From: Candidatus Zixiibacteriota bacterium
GTDB lineage: Bacteria; Zixibacteria; MSB-5A5; GN15; FEB-12
DNA length: 64,000 bases
Assembly (NCBI GenBank): GCA_040756055.1
Contig: JBFLZR010000009.1
Coordinates: forward strand, 4,620-68,619
Reading direction: 5' to 3'
Under the pieces are notes generated by a model. The model was not told where the DNA came from, searched no databases, and saw only the letters and a list, made by a program, of their open reading frames with translations. Shown in pieces: positions 38,374-48,071 of this stretch; positions within the stretch are counted from its first letter, which is position 1; the number at the start of each line of letters is the position of its first letter. Position numbers and translations under genes: made by a program.

Positions 38374-39279
38374 TCACTGCTGGAGCAGGAAGGCCATAAT
38401 TGCTTTTTGAATGTGCAGCCTGTTTTCGGCTTCGTCGAATACCACCGACTGCGGCCCATCCATCACCTCGTCGGTGATTTCTCTTCCCCGCTCTGCCGGC
38501 AGACAGTGAAGAACGATGGCGTTCGGACTGGCGGCTTTCAGGAGAGTGCTGTTGAGCTGATACTTAGCCAACTTTTTGGCTTTCTCTTCGGCCTGATCCT
38601 TTTGGCCCATGGAGGCCCAGACGTCTGTATAGACCGCGTCGGCATCCGCGACAGCTTCCATCGGATCATCGGTAATCAGCACCTTGCTCTTCGGGTTAGC
38701 TTTCGCCTTCGCGATGATTGTCGGGTCAGGTTGGGTGTCTCGCGCCGTACCAACTCTGAAGTCAAGAGGAATAAGCGAGGCGAGGTTGAGCCAGCTATTG
38801 CATATGTTGTTGCCATCACCGACGTATGCCACTTTGTACCGGTCACTGGGTTTTAGATGTTCCAGCATGGTGAAATAATCTCCGAGAATCTGGCAGGGGT
38901 GCACAAGGTCGGTCAGTCCGTTCACGACAGGTACCGAGGCGTACTTGGCCAGTTCATCTACGTCGGACTGTTTATAGGTCCGGATCATGATCATACCCAC
39001 GTAACGGGAGAGCACCTGAGCGGCATCGGCGACTGATTCGCGTTGTCCGAGCTTTATTTCTTTATCGGTGATATAGATAGGGTGACCGCCTAATTCGTGG
39101 ATGCCGACTTCGAAAGAAACCCGGGTGCGGAGTGATTCTTTGGTAAAAATGCAGGCGACGGACTTGCCTTCGAGCGGTTTTGGCGCGATTTTCCCGGATT
39201 TCATCCGCGCACACAGATCGAATATCTCATGAACTTCCTTGGCGGTGAAATCGGTTATTTGAGTCAAAGAACGGGGCAT
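38374..39279 (-). CDS. argF: Ornithine carbamoyltransferase
   Basis: SLRTRVSFE, HPCQ, YTDVWASMG and HCLP motifs; GAGGAGG RBS before ATG 39279. Confidence 0.9.
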   Translation of the reverse strand: MPRSLTQITDFTAKEVHEIFDLCARMKSGKIAPKPLEGKSVACIFTKESLRTRVSFEVGIHELGGHPIYITDKEIKLGQRESVADAAQVLSRYVGMIMIRTYKQSDVDELAKYASVPVVNGLTDLVHPCQILGDYFTMLEHLKPSDRYKVAYVGDGNNICNSWLNLASLIPLDFRVGTARDTQPDPTIIAKAKANPKSKVLITDDPMEAVADADAVYTDVWASMGQKDQAEEKAKKLAKYQLNSTLLKAASPNAIVLHCLPAERGREITDEVMDGPQSVVFDEAENRLHIQKAIMAFLLQQ

Positions 39280-39505
39280 TGCCACCTCCTCGTATTTAAG
39301 AAGATCCTTTAGGTCAAAAAATCCTGTGGAATAAAGAGCTTTGGGTCGGCAAAGTCAAGCCGTTATCCGACCGGCGAAAGTTTTTTTGTCAAAAAAGTCG
39401 AGGCGGCAGTTGATACAGGGGTAAAAATATTAAAGTTGCCAACCGGAACTATGTTTGTAATATTACGTAATCTAGAGTAGATACAGGAACAAGGATTGAC
39501 AGCGC

Positions 39506-40246
39506 GTGAAACCAAGAACTAAAGTCATTTTCGGAATAGCGTTCGTATTCTTTGGCTTTTTGCTACTGGGAGAGTCCACCGGCTTATTCGACCCCGGGGA
39601 GGCCATGGGTCTTTTGTTTCCGTTTATGATGATAGGTGTTGGTTTCTGGCTGATTGCACGCCGTAAGAGACAATCCGCTCCGTCTTCGACCGCTTCTTTT
39701 TATTGTCCACCGACGCCGCCGCGAGACGCCGAGCCCGACGTAGACAAGATGTATCAGCAGCAGGAGCAGACACAATCCACAGGGAAATCTGCATCTTCGC
39801 CCGAGGATACTTCATACAGATCGAGCAATTACGAACAGGCGACGACATCGGAGAGCCCTTCTACCGATGATTCGGGCAAGCTCAAATACAGTAAGTCGCT
39901 TGGTGATATGCTGATTGATTTTCGCGGCGTAAATATTCACAACGTGGAGATTTCGGCGGGAGTCGGGGATCTTGAAATCAGGCTTTCCGGAGGAGTGCTT
40001 TCCGATGGGCTCAACCGGATTATCATTTCAAGCTTCATAGGCGACATCCGTATCTACGCGCCGGCGGATCTTCCCGTCTTCACGCATTGCTCCAATTTTG
40101 TCGGCGATATTGAATTGATGGGGAAACGAGCCAGCGGGTTCGGTAACAGCATAGACTCGCAAACGGCCAACTATGGGTCCTCGCCGAAAAAGCTTTATAT
40201 GGCCTGCAACAGCTTCATCGGCGATATCAGGTATTTCACAATCTGA
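39506..40246 (+). CDS. LiaF/DUF2154-like cell-envelope stress membrane protein
   Basis: Two N-terminal TM helices, disordered linker, repeated GD(L/I)xI beta-strands (IGDIRIYAP, IGDIRYF). Confidence 0.75.
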   Translation: MKPRTKVIFGIAFVFFGFLLLGESTGLFDPGEAMGLLFPFMMIGVGFWLIARRKRQSAPSSTASFYCPPTPPRDAEPDVDKMYQQQEQTQSTGKSASSPEDTSYRSSNYEQATTSESPSTDDSGKLKYSKSLGDMLIDFRGVNIHNVEISAGVGDLEIRLSGGVLSDGLNRIIISSFIGDIRIYAPADLPVFTHCSNFVGDIELMGKRASGFGNSIDSQTANYGSSPKKLYMACNSFIGDIRYFTI

Positions 40247-40260
40247 GGCCGCTTTTTCAA

Positions 40261-41610
40261 CTACAATATATATTTGCTGAGATCCTCGTTTTCGATAATT
40301 TTGTCGAGGCGTTGGGAAACCATCTTCCCGGTAATAACGATCTGCTTCTTTCTTGCCGGCGGTTCAAAGAGAATATCTTCGAGCAGGGTTGTCATGATCG
40401 TGTGCAATCGCCGCGCTCCGATGTTTTCCGATTCCCGGTTGACCTTTTCAGCATAGCCGGCAATCTTCTTGATTGACTCGGCGGAGAATTCCAACTCCAG
40501 GCCTTCGGTTTTAAGCAGAGCCTTATATTGTTTGACCAGTGACGCCTGAGGTTCGGAAAGAATCCGCTGAAAATCATCGGCGGAGAGCGAATCAAGCTCG
40601 ACCCTGATGGGAAAACGTCCTTGGAGTTCCGGTATCAGGTCTGACGGTTTGGTAGCGTGGAACGCTCCGGCGGCGATGAAGAGGACATGGTCAGTGTGAA
40701 CCATGCCATACTTGGTCGTTACGCCGCAACCTTCGACGATCGGTAGAATATCCCGCTGGACTCCCTCGCGGCTGACATCGGGTCCGACTTTCGATGAATC
40801 ACCGACAATTTTGTCAAGCTCATCGATAAAGACTATTCCCGATTCCTGAACCCGTTCCAGCGCCTCGGGTATCACTTCATCCATGTTCACCAGCTTGTTG
40901 AGTTCTTCGTTATGGATGAACTTCCGCGCCTCTTTGACGGTCATTTTGCGGCGTTTGGTTTTCTGAGGCATCAGGCCGGAGAACATCTCCTGAAAGTTCA
41001 CGCCGAGTTCTTCCATCCCCATGGGCGAGAAGATTTCGATGACCGGAAACTGGCTTTGCGGAGTGTCTAATTCCACTTCTCGTTCATCCAGTTTACCGTC
41101 GAGCAGCTTCTGACGAAACTTCTCTTTCGTACGCGTCCATGAATCGGCGTCGCTTTCAATTACCTCTTTGTCACCTTTCGGTTTCGGTGGTGGTCCTATG
41201 AGCATGTCGAGAAGTCTCTCGATAGTGTTCTGTTCGGCTCTTGACTGAAGGTGTCTCGACTTTTCCACCCGCACCATGTTGACGGCGATGTCGACGAGGT
41301 CGCGGACCATCGATTCGACATCGCGCCCCACATAGCCGACCTCGGTGAATTTCGATGCTTCGACTTTTATAAACGGCGCCGCTGCCAGATCCGCCAGACG
41401 GCGCGCTATCTCGGTCTTGCCCACTCCGGTGGGACCGATCATGATGATATTATTGGGCATGATCTCCCGGCGGATATCATCCGGGGCGTGCTGACGGCGC
41501 CATCGATTACGAAGAGCAATCGCAACCGATTTCTTGGCGTCATCCTGACCGATGATGTATTTGTTGAGGTGTTCTACTATTTCTTTCGGCTTGAGATAAT
41601 TGTCGTTCAT
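40261..41610 (-). CDS. hslU: ATP-dependent protease ATPase subunit HslU
   Basis: [43 protein letters not shown] and NIGARRL. Confidence 0.97.
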   Translation of the reverse strand: MNDNYLKPKEIVEHLNKYIIGQDDAKKSVAIALRNRWRRQHAPDDIRREIMPNNIIMIGPTGVGKTEIARRLADLAAAPFIKVEASKFTEVGYVGRDVESMVRDLVDIAVNMVRVEKSRHLQSRAEQNTIERLLDMLIGPPPKPKGDKEVIESDADSWTRTKEKFRQKLLDGKLDEREVELDTPQSQFPVIEIFSPMGMEELGVNFQEMFSGLMPQKTKRRKMTVKEARKFIHNEELNKLVNMDEVIPEALERVQESGIVFIDELDKIVGDSSKVGPDVSREGVQRDILPIVEGCGVTTKYGMVHTDHVLFIAAGAFHATKPSDLIPELQGRFPIRVELDSLSADDFQRILSEPQASLVKQYKALLKTEGLELEFSAESIKKIAGYAEKVNRESENIGARRLHTIMTTLLEDILFEPPARKKQIVITGKMVSQRLDKIIENEDLSKYIL

Positions 41611-42143
41611 TTGAGTGTTTCGACCTTAATGTTCTTGTTTGTGTAGATACAGATATCAGCGGCGATCTCGAGTGATTTCTCGGCGATTTTTTCGGCGGTC
41701 ATTTTGGGGTTGGCCATCATAAGGGCCCGCGCCGCGGCCAGCGCATAAGACCCGCCGGAGCCGATAGCGATGATACCGTCATCCGGTTCAATGACCTCAC
41801 CGTTACCGCTGATCAGCAGAATATGTTTATTGTCGGTGACCACAATGACCGCTTCGAGACGCTGCAGGCTGCGGTCAGTGCGCCACTCCTTGGCCAGCTC
41901 GACGGCAGCTTTCTGAAGATTGCCGCCGTATTCCTCGATCTTTTTGTCGAGCAGGTCATAAAGGGCCATAGCATCAGCAACAGCGCCCGCAAAACCGGCC
42001 AGTATTTTCCCGTCACAGAGCTTTCTGATTTTGACGGCTGTGGTCTTCATGACGGTATCGTCAAACGTCACCTGACCATCGCCCGCCAGGGCGGCCTGTC
42101 CTTTATGTATTAAGCCAACTATAGTGGTTGCGTGTAATTTCAT
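41607..42143 (-). CDS. hslV: ATP-dependent protease subunit HslV
   Basis: HATTIV N-terminal Thr nucleophile, AGDGQVT and IGSGGSYA. Confidence 0.96.
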   Translation of the reverse strand: MKLHATTIVGLIHKGQAALAGDGQVTFDDTVMKTTAVKIRKLCDGKILAGFAGAVADAMALYDLLDKKIEEYGGNLQKAAVELAKEWRTDRSLQRLEAVIVVTDNKHILLISGNGEVIEPDDGIIAIGSGGSYALAAARALMMANPKMTAEKIAEKSLEIAADICIYTNKNIKVETLK

Positions 42144-42155
42144 ACCTCTCCTCAT

Positions 42156-43070
42156 TTATTTCTTTGACCCGGATCGGGGGTGCGCCAGTTTATAAGCCTT
42201 TTTCATCGATTCCGCCGTTATGTGTGTGTATTTTTGAGTTGTCGACAGGGTGGCGTGGCCGAGGATCTCCTTGATCAGCATGAGGTCGGCGCCGTTCTCC
42301 AGAAGGTGCGTCGCGAAAGAATGGCGCAGCGTGTGGGGAGTGATGTTCATACCGGCCGCGGCGGCGAATTGTTTCACCAGGCGGTCGATGGAACGTACCG
42401 AGAGCGGCAGGCCATCCCGGTTGACTAGCAAATTCGACGACCCCGCGCCTTTCGTCGCCAGAAATTCATCGCGAACTTTCAGATATTTTCTAAGATCCTC
42501 GAGAGTATTCTCGCCGACAGGGACAACCCTGATTTTGTTGCCTTTTCCGGTGACGGTGATGGTTCCTCCGGCGTGATCGATATCACCCAGCCTGATTGAC
42601 GCAAGTTCTTCGCGTCTGATACCGGTAGCATATAGCAGCGCTATCATTATGTAATCGCGCCAATAGGAATACCTTTTCTTGTCCAGATCGACGTTGTCGT
42701 GGCGAAAGAGGCGATTGATGTCTGATTGCGGCACGAAATCGGGTATTCGGGAGCGATATTTCATGACCGGCAGTTTGAACAGATATTCTTTTCGATGAGT
42801 CTCTGCTGAGATGAATTTCTGGAATCCCGAAAGCGCCGATAGAAACCGGGCGAGAGAGCGATTGGAAATATTTTCTTCCGAACGAGCGCGAAGGTAGAGT
42901 CGCAAAAACAGAGGGTCATTTTTGCGGGCCGACGGAAGTTCCTTGTATCGCTCCTCGAGGAATCTCACCCACGGCGAAAGGTCTCGCCGGTAGGCCTCGA
43001 TAGTTTTGGCGGCGTATCTTTTATCGGACTGAAGCGCCTTCATATACTCAGACAGCAACCTGGATAACAT
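42156..43070 (-). CDS. xerC: Tyrosine recombinase XerC
   Basis: YATGIRREEL, TGKGNKIR, PHTLRHSFATHLL, LGHATLSTTQKY; in the conserved topA-xerC-hslVU context; start ATG 43070 likely. Confidence 0.88.
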   Translation of the reverse strand: MLSRLLSEYMKALQSDKRYAAKTIEAYRRDLSPWVRFLEERYKELPSARKNDPLFLRLYLRARSEENISNRSLARFLSALSGFQKFISAETHRKEYLFKLPVMKYRSRIPDFVPQSDINRLFRHDNVDLDKKRYSYWRDYIMIALLYATGIRREELASIRLGDIDHAGGTITVTGKGNKIRVVPVGENTLEDLRKYLKVRDEFLATKGAGSSNLLVNRDGLPLSVRSIDRLVKQFAAAAGMNITPHTLRHSFATHLLENGADLMLIKEILGHATLSTTQKYTHITAESMKKAYKLAHPRSGSKK

Positions 43071-43186
43071 GAGGTCATGATATTCAAAAAGGGGTGCAGC
43101 GTCAATTACTTTGATTTCCCCGTGCAAATAGAAAAGCCGGAGCGAGTTGGCTCCGGCATTCATTTGTCTTTCGATGATACGCCGAA

Positions 43187-45469
43187 TCAGGTCACCGCGT
43201 TCTTTTCGGTGCTTTTTTCGGTCATTTCGTGTTTGCATTCGGGGCAGCGATAAAAGTCACCTTTGGCTTTCGAGACCTTCTGGACCATGAACGGATGGTG
43301 GCAGACCGGGCATTCCATCTTTACCGGCATATCCCAACTGGCATAGTCACACTTCGGGTAATTCGAACAACCGTAAAAGATTCTTCGGCCCTTGGTCTGC
43401 TTTTCGGTGATCTCGCCCGAGCAGCCTTTGCGGGGACATTTAATGCCGAGAGTAATGGCTTTCGTGTTTTTGCAGTCCGGATAAGCGGAACAAGCCATAA
43501 ACCGCCCGAATCTTCCCGATTTGATCACCATCGGTGAGCCACACTTCTCGCATTTCTCGTCGGTTTTCGTGCGAGCTTCTTCTTCCGGCAACGGACGGGT
43601 GGTTTTGCACTCGGGATAAGCGGAGCATGCCAAAAAGCGTCCGTTGCGTCCCCACTTAATCACCATGGGCGAACCACACTTCTCGCACTTGATGTCCGTC
43701 TTTTCCTCCATCGACGCCTTGATTTCTTTCTGCTTTCCCTTGAGTCCATCGATGGTCTTTTTGAAAGGTTTGTAGAACTCCTTCAGGACCTTCACCCAGT
43801 CGTCGGAACCTTCCTCGACCAGATCGAGTTCGCTCTCCATCTCGGCCGTGAATTTGACGTTGAACAGGTCCGGGAAGTTTTCGACCAGAATCTTATTCAC
43901 AGCGATGCCGAGTTCGGTGGGTTTAAGCTTGCGTTCTTCGACCTCGACATACTTGCGGTCCTTCAGAGTCGATATGATGGTAGCGTAGGTTGATGGTCTG
44001 CCGATCCCTTCGGCTTCCAACTCTTTCACCAGCATAGCTTCGGAGAAACGGGCCGGCGGCTTGGTGAACGACTGCGTGGGAGTCAACGCTACCAGATTAA
44101 GCGAATCTTTCGGTTTCAGAGGCGGCAGAGCATCAAGACCGTTGCCGTTGCCGTTTTCGTCAGGCTCTTTTTCTTCGTGGTAGATTTTCAGGAAACCGTC
44201 GAAGGTAACTTTCTCGGCGACAGCCCGGAAAGTGAACCGTCCGGCATCGATGAGAACCGTCTCGACGGCGAACTCGGCCGGGTTCATCTGACAGGCCACA
44301 AACCTGTTCCAGATTAGCGAATACAACTTAAACTGCTGGGCAGTGAGTTTCTTTTTGAGCTTTTCCGGCGGCAGATCCAGATAAGTGGGGCGAATCGCCT
44401 CGTGCGCATCCTGCGCGCCTTTCTTTTTGCCATACTGAATCGGCTTGGCAGGTAGATATTCCTTGCCGAAACTCTTCGAGATATAGTCGCGGACCGCTTT
44501 GATGGCCTCGTTGGAAATACGGGTGGAGTCCGTGCGCATATAAGTGATCAGCCCGACCGGTCCCTCTTTGCCCAACTCGATTCCCTCATAGAGTTTCTGG
44601 GCGACGGACATCGTCTGTTTGGCGCTAAAACCGTGTTTCTTGGCAGCTTCCTGCTGCAGGGTCGATGTTATGAAAGGAGGCGAGGGTCTTTTGGTCTTCT
44701 CTGAATGCTTAACGTCAGAAACAACGTAGTCGGCCTTCTCGAGTTCCTTGATGTATTTTTGAACTTCCTTTTCGGACTTGATGACGATCTTTTTGCTATT
44801 GGAGCCGTTTGGCGATGAGACCGTGAGGTCATCGATCTTGTACAGCTTGGAGAGAAAATTCTGTTTCTTTTTTGTCGTCAGTTCGGCTTGAACTTGCCAG
44901 TATTCCTGAGGTTGAAAGGCAAGCACAGCTACTTCACGTTCAGCAATCAAGCGTAGAGCGACAGACTGGACCCTGCCGGCCGAAAGGTTACGCGCCACCG
45001 TACTCCAAAGAAATGGCGAGACAGTATAGCCAACCAGGCGGTCAAGCACTCGCCGGGCCTGCTGGGCGTTGACGAGATTCATATTAATGTCGCGGGGATT
45101 GGCGATTGCCTCGGTTACAGCCGGTTTGGTGATCTCGTTAAAAGCTACCCGGACTACGTTGGCTTTGGTACCTTTGATGCTGTTGGCGACGTGCCAGGCA
45201 ATAGCCTCTCCCTCGCGGTCAGGGTCAGGCGCTAAAAAGATGGTCTCCGCATTTTTCGAGGCCTTTTTGAGGTCCTTTATTACCTTTTCCTTGCCCTTGA
45301 TGACAATATACTCCGGTTCGAAATTCTTTTTAGGGTCGATACCGAGCTTCGATTTGGGCAGGTCGAGGATATGGCCAATGGTGGCCATAATTTCAAAATC
45401 TTTTCCCAGGAATTGTGAGAGGGTTCTTGTCTTGGCCGGTGACTCTACGATCAGTAAGTTCTTCGCCAT
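43187..45469 (-). CDS. topA: DNA topoisomerase I
   Basis: LLIVESPAK, DPDREGEAI, SAGRVQS, LITYMRTDS and C-terminal zinc ribbons. Confidence 0.97.
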   Translation of the reverse strand: MAKNLLIVESPAKTRTLSQFLGKDFEIMATIGHILDLPKSKLGIDPKKNFEPEYIVIKGKEKVIKDLKKASKNAETIFLAPDPDREGEAIAWHVANSIKGTKANVVRVAFNEITKPAVTEAIANPRDINMNLVNAQQARRVLDRLVGYTVSPFLWSTVARNLSAGRVQSVALRLIAEREVAVLAFQPQEYWQVQAELTTKKKQNFLSKLYKIDDLTVSSPNGSNSKKIVIKSEKEVQKYIKELEKADYVVSDVKHSEKTKRPSPPFITSTLQQEAAKKHGFSAKQTMSVAQKLYEGIELGKEGPVGLITYMRTDSTRISNEAIKAVRDYISKSFGKEYLPAKPIQYGKKKGAQDAHEAIRPTYLDLPPEKLKKKLTAQQFKLYSLIWNRFVACQMNPAEFAVETVLIDAGRFTFRAVAEKVTFDGFLKIYHEEKEPDENGNGNGLDALPPLKPKDSLNLVALTPTQSFTKPPARFSEAMLVKELEAEGIGRPSTYATIISTLKDRKYVEVEERKLKPTELGIAVNKILVENFPDLFNVKFTAEMESELDLVEEGSDDWVKVLKEFYKPFKKTIDGLKGKQKEIKASMEEKTDIKCEKCGSPMVIKWGRNGRFLACSAYPECKTTRPLPEEEARTKTDEKCEKCGSPMVIKSGRFGRFMACSAYPDCKNTKAITLGIKCPRKGCSGEITEKQTKGRRIFYGCSNYPKCDYASWDMPVKMECPVCHHPFMVQKVSKAKGDFYRCPECKHEMTEKSTEKNAVT

Positions 45470-45509
45470 TGGGTTCCTTTATTGGTCCAGGTTGAAGCAG
45501 AGATATATA

Positions 45510-45737
45510 TTACATCGAATTGGAACGCGTAAACTTAACCCTTCCCTCCAAAAGATCTTTGAGAGCGACCATGGTAATCTTGCGGGCCTCTATTTCGACC
45601 GCCGGGTTTTCTTCCATCTTCTCCAGAGACCGTAAGCGCTTGTTGTTCAAGCCCCTGGCGTGCTGCGAAGCGACAATTACGGCTTCGTATCTGTTAAGTC
45701 CAAGTTTCTCCAGTTGATCGATCGGTAGTCTATGCAC
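45510..45737 (-). CDS. rpoZ: RNA polymerase omega subunit
   Basis: NRYEAVIVASQHAR...KITMVALKDL; directly after gmk. Confidence 0.8.
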   Translation of the reverse strand: MHRLPIDQLEKLGLNRYEAVIVASQHARGLNNKRLRSLEKMEENPAVEIEARKITMVALKDLLEGRVKFTRSNSM

Positions 45738-45766
45738 TTCGTCCTCCTGATTCGAAAATTAATCAA

Positions 45767-46387
45767 TTAAACTGACAATTTTCTGATTTGTTCCTCTTTT
45801 ATGTTCTCGGTGCGGCAATGATGACAGTTGATTATGCTCAGAACCTCACTTACGGCGGTATCCAGGTCCTCATTAATAACAGCATACTCGAATTTGCGGT
45901 AGAGACTCATCTCTTTACGCGCGTTGTCAAAACGCACTTTAAGTTGTTCAGCGGTTTCGGTTCCGCGCCTTCTCAGTCTCTTGCGCAACATTGAAGTTGA
46001 TGGCGGCAAAATGAAAATCGTAACTGCCTCGGGGTATTCCTTCTTAATCCTGAAGGCCCCCTGTACGTCGACATCCAGAAGGATCACACCGCCGCTATTT
46101 ACAGCCTGTTCCAGCGGTTTACGCGGAGTACCATAGTGATACAGGTGAACCTTAAAGTGTTCGGCGAAGTAATTGGCCTTTACCTTGTCGCGGAATTCCC
46201 GTTCGCTGACAAAGACATATTCCCGTCCGTTGCGCTCGCCGGGTCGCCTAGCGCGCGTCGTGTATGATACGGAGAAGCGCCAGCCTTTGCTCTTGCGCGC
46301 GGGACTTAAGAGTTTGCGGCAAATAGAGGTCTTGCCGCCGCCGGACGGTGATGATATGACAACGATCTTACCGCGTTTGCTTTTCAT
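45767..46387 (-). CDS. gmk: Guanylate kinase
   Basis: SSPSGGGKTS, SVSYTTRARRPGE, YGTP and LDVDVQG. Confidence 0.96.
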   Translation of the reverse strand: MKSKRGKIVVISSPSGGGKTSICRKLLSPARKSKGWRFSVSYTTRARRPGERNGREYVFVSEREFRDKVKANYFAEHFKVHLYHYGTPRKPLEQAVNSGGVILLDVDVQGAFRIKKEYPEAVTIFILPPSTSMLRKRLRRRGTETAEQLKVRFDNARKEMSLYRKFEYAVINEDLDTAVSEVLSIINCHHCRTENIKEEQIRKLSV

Positions 46388-46408
46388 ACTCTTGAGAGGT
46401 CGTCACCG

Positions 46409-47284
46409 TTACTCAACATTCTGCACCAGCTCGCGAATCTTCTCTGTTTCTTCCTTTATGGTGATAACCATAGTAGAGATTTCGACGTCTGCGGACTTGG
46501 AGGCTATAGTATTCGCCTCGCGATTCATTTCCTGTAGTATAAAGTTGAGCTTTTTGCCTTGCGGCCCGCTGTCCTTGAGGGCGGCCTGGTACTGATCGCA
46601 ATGGCTCAGAAAGCGTGTGCATTCCTCGGTTATGTCGGTCTTTTCCGCCATAAGAGCTATTTGTTCTTCGATTCTTATGTTTTCAGGGAGCGGTTTATCA
46701 AGGAGTTCTTCAAGGCGTTTTGTTATCTTCTCGCGATAGCGGTCGACCGCACCCACGGCGAATTTCTTTATCTGCTTTACTTCTTTAGATAGAATAGCCA
46801 GGCGCTTTTTCATATCGCGGGCCATAGCCGCTCCCTCGGCGCGACGCATATCCGTTAGACCTTTGAGAGCCTTGTCGGTAGCCGTCTTAAGATCGTTCCA
46901 GATTGCTTCGTCATCGATACTATCCTCTTCGGGCTTCGCGACTTCGGGTAGAAGTATCAGATCCGACATGGTCACTTCGCCGGCTATTTTCAGCTCTTTA
47001 CGGAGGGCTATCAACTGCTTGTAGTATGACTTGAGGGCTGTCTTGTTGATACGGTACTGCTCCTCGAGTCCATTGTTGGCATCAAAGCCCACATATATAG
47101 ATATTTTTCCCCGGCTGACTGCGGCGCCAACGAGATCCCTGATTTTGGGCTCCATGGTGAAGAACTGGCGAGGCAGGCGCTGGTTGATTTCGAGAAAGCG
47201 GTTGTTAACGCTCGAAATCTCTACGGTATATTTGCCGGTTGGGGTTTTTAATTCGGCTTTTCCAAACCCGGTCATAGAATTCAT
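46409..47284 (-). CDS. yicC: YicC/YloC-family endoribonuclease
   Basis: MNSMTGFG, EISSVNNRFLE, DITEECTR and LNFILQEMNREANTIASK. Confidence 0.93.
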   Translation of the reverse strand: MNSMTGFGKAELKTPTGKYTVEISSVNNRFLEINQRLPRQFFTMEPKIRDLVGAAVSRGKISIYVGFDANNGLEEQYRINKTALKSYYKQLIALRKELKIAGEVTMSDLILLPEVAKPEEDSIDDEAIWNDLKTATDKALKGLTDMRRAEGAAMARDMKKRLAILSKEVKQIKKFAVGAVDRYREKITKRLEELLDKPLPENIRIEEQIALMAEKTDITEECTRFLSHCDQYQAALKDSGPQGKKLNFILQEMNREANTIASKSADVEISTMVITIKEETEKIRELVQNVE

Positions 47285-47387
47285 TTTATTTTGCCCTTAA
47301 AATACAAAAAACAGGCTAAAGAATAAGCCATTGGAGTGATTTGTCAACTGATATTACTTTCAAAGTGACCTATTTGGCCGTTTTGAC

Positions 47388-48062
47388 CTAAAAACACGAC
47401 TCGTCTTGGCCGGCTAAGACCTTATCGATACGGGAGATTGAACCTTCCTTTTGTCTCGTCTCGGTGCGCTCGAAAAGATGTTTGAGTTGCTGCGCCGACC
47501 TGTGGATAGCGGTAATTCGACTGGTCATCTCATCGTCTATACAGCCGTTCTCGGTCAGAATCTTCTCCGCCGTCTGCAGAATTGTATTCAGTGGTTCGGC
47601 CAGTTCATGTTCATAACCTCTGGCAGACCGTTCTGACGGCAGCGCCGGTTTGTCGGCACGCTGAGACAGACTCTGCCTGCGTCGATACAATCCACTCACC
47701 ATTCGGGGGATCACGGCGTAATAGGAACTGTCTTTTATCAACAACTCCTCACAGCCGCACCCGAAGACTTCCTTTGTCATCTGTTCGGAGATGTTTTCCG
47801 CGACTACAATCAGGGCCAACTCGGGATCGCTGTGGTGCAGGACCCGAACAAGATGCGTGCCCGAACATCCGGTTATTGAAAAGTCAACGACGGCGATATC
47901 GAATTTTTGATGTTGAATGGCTTTTAAGGCTTGTTCGTAAGTTTTGACTAAGACGACCAGTGGGCGGTCGAGTCGGCGGGCTAACTGCTGCTCCATAAGC
48001 ATGCCGTGATACCCGTTTTCCTCGACGATTAATATTCGCGGACCGTTTTGCGGCACCGGCAC
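47388..48062 (-). CDS. Receiver domain plus C-terminal HisKA-like domain, no ATPase domain
   Basis: RILIVEE, AVVDFS and LLIKD receiver motifs; C-terminal EHELAEPLNTIL helix pair. Confidence 0.8.
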   Translation of the reverse strand: MPVPQNGPRILIVEENGYHGMLMEQQLARRLDRPLVVLVKTYEQALKAIQHQKFDIAVVDFSITGCSGTHLVRVLHHSDPELALIVVAENISEQMTKEVFGCGCEELLIKDSSYYAVIPRMVSGLYRRRQSLSQRADKPALPSERSARGYEHELAEPLNTILQTAEKILTENGCIDDEMTSRITAIHRSAQQLKHLFERTETRQKEGSISRIDKVLAGQDESCF

Positions 48063-48071
48063 TTGAGCACC

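Noticed and set aside
38374-39279. SLRT instead of STRT suggesting an acetyl- or succinyl-ornithine transcarbamylase
   Set aside because: The ornithine-binding DVWASMG and HCLP motifs are OTCase-like, so ordinary argF is the simpler call.
42156-43070. Tyrosine recombinase as a mobile-element integrase
   Set aside because: Sits in the conserved topA-xerC-hslVU housekeeping context with no att sites or cargo.
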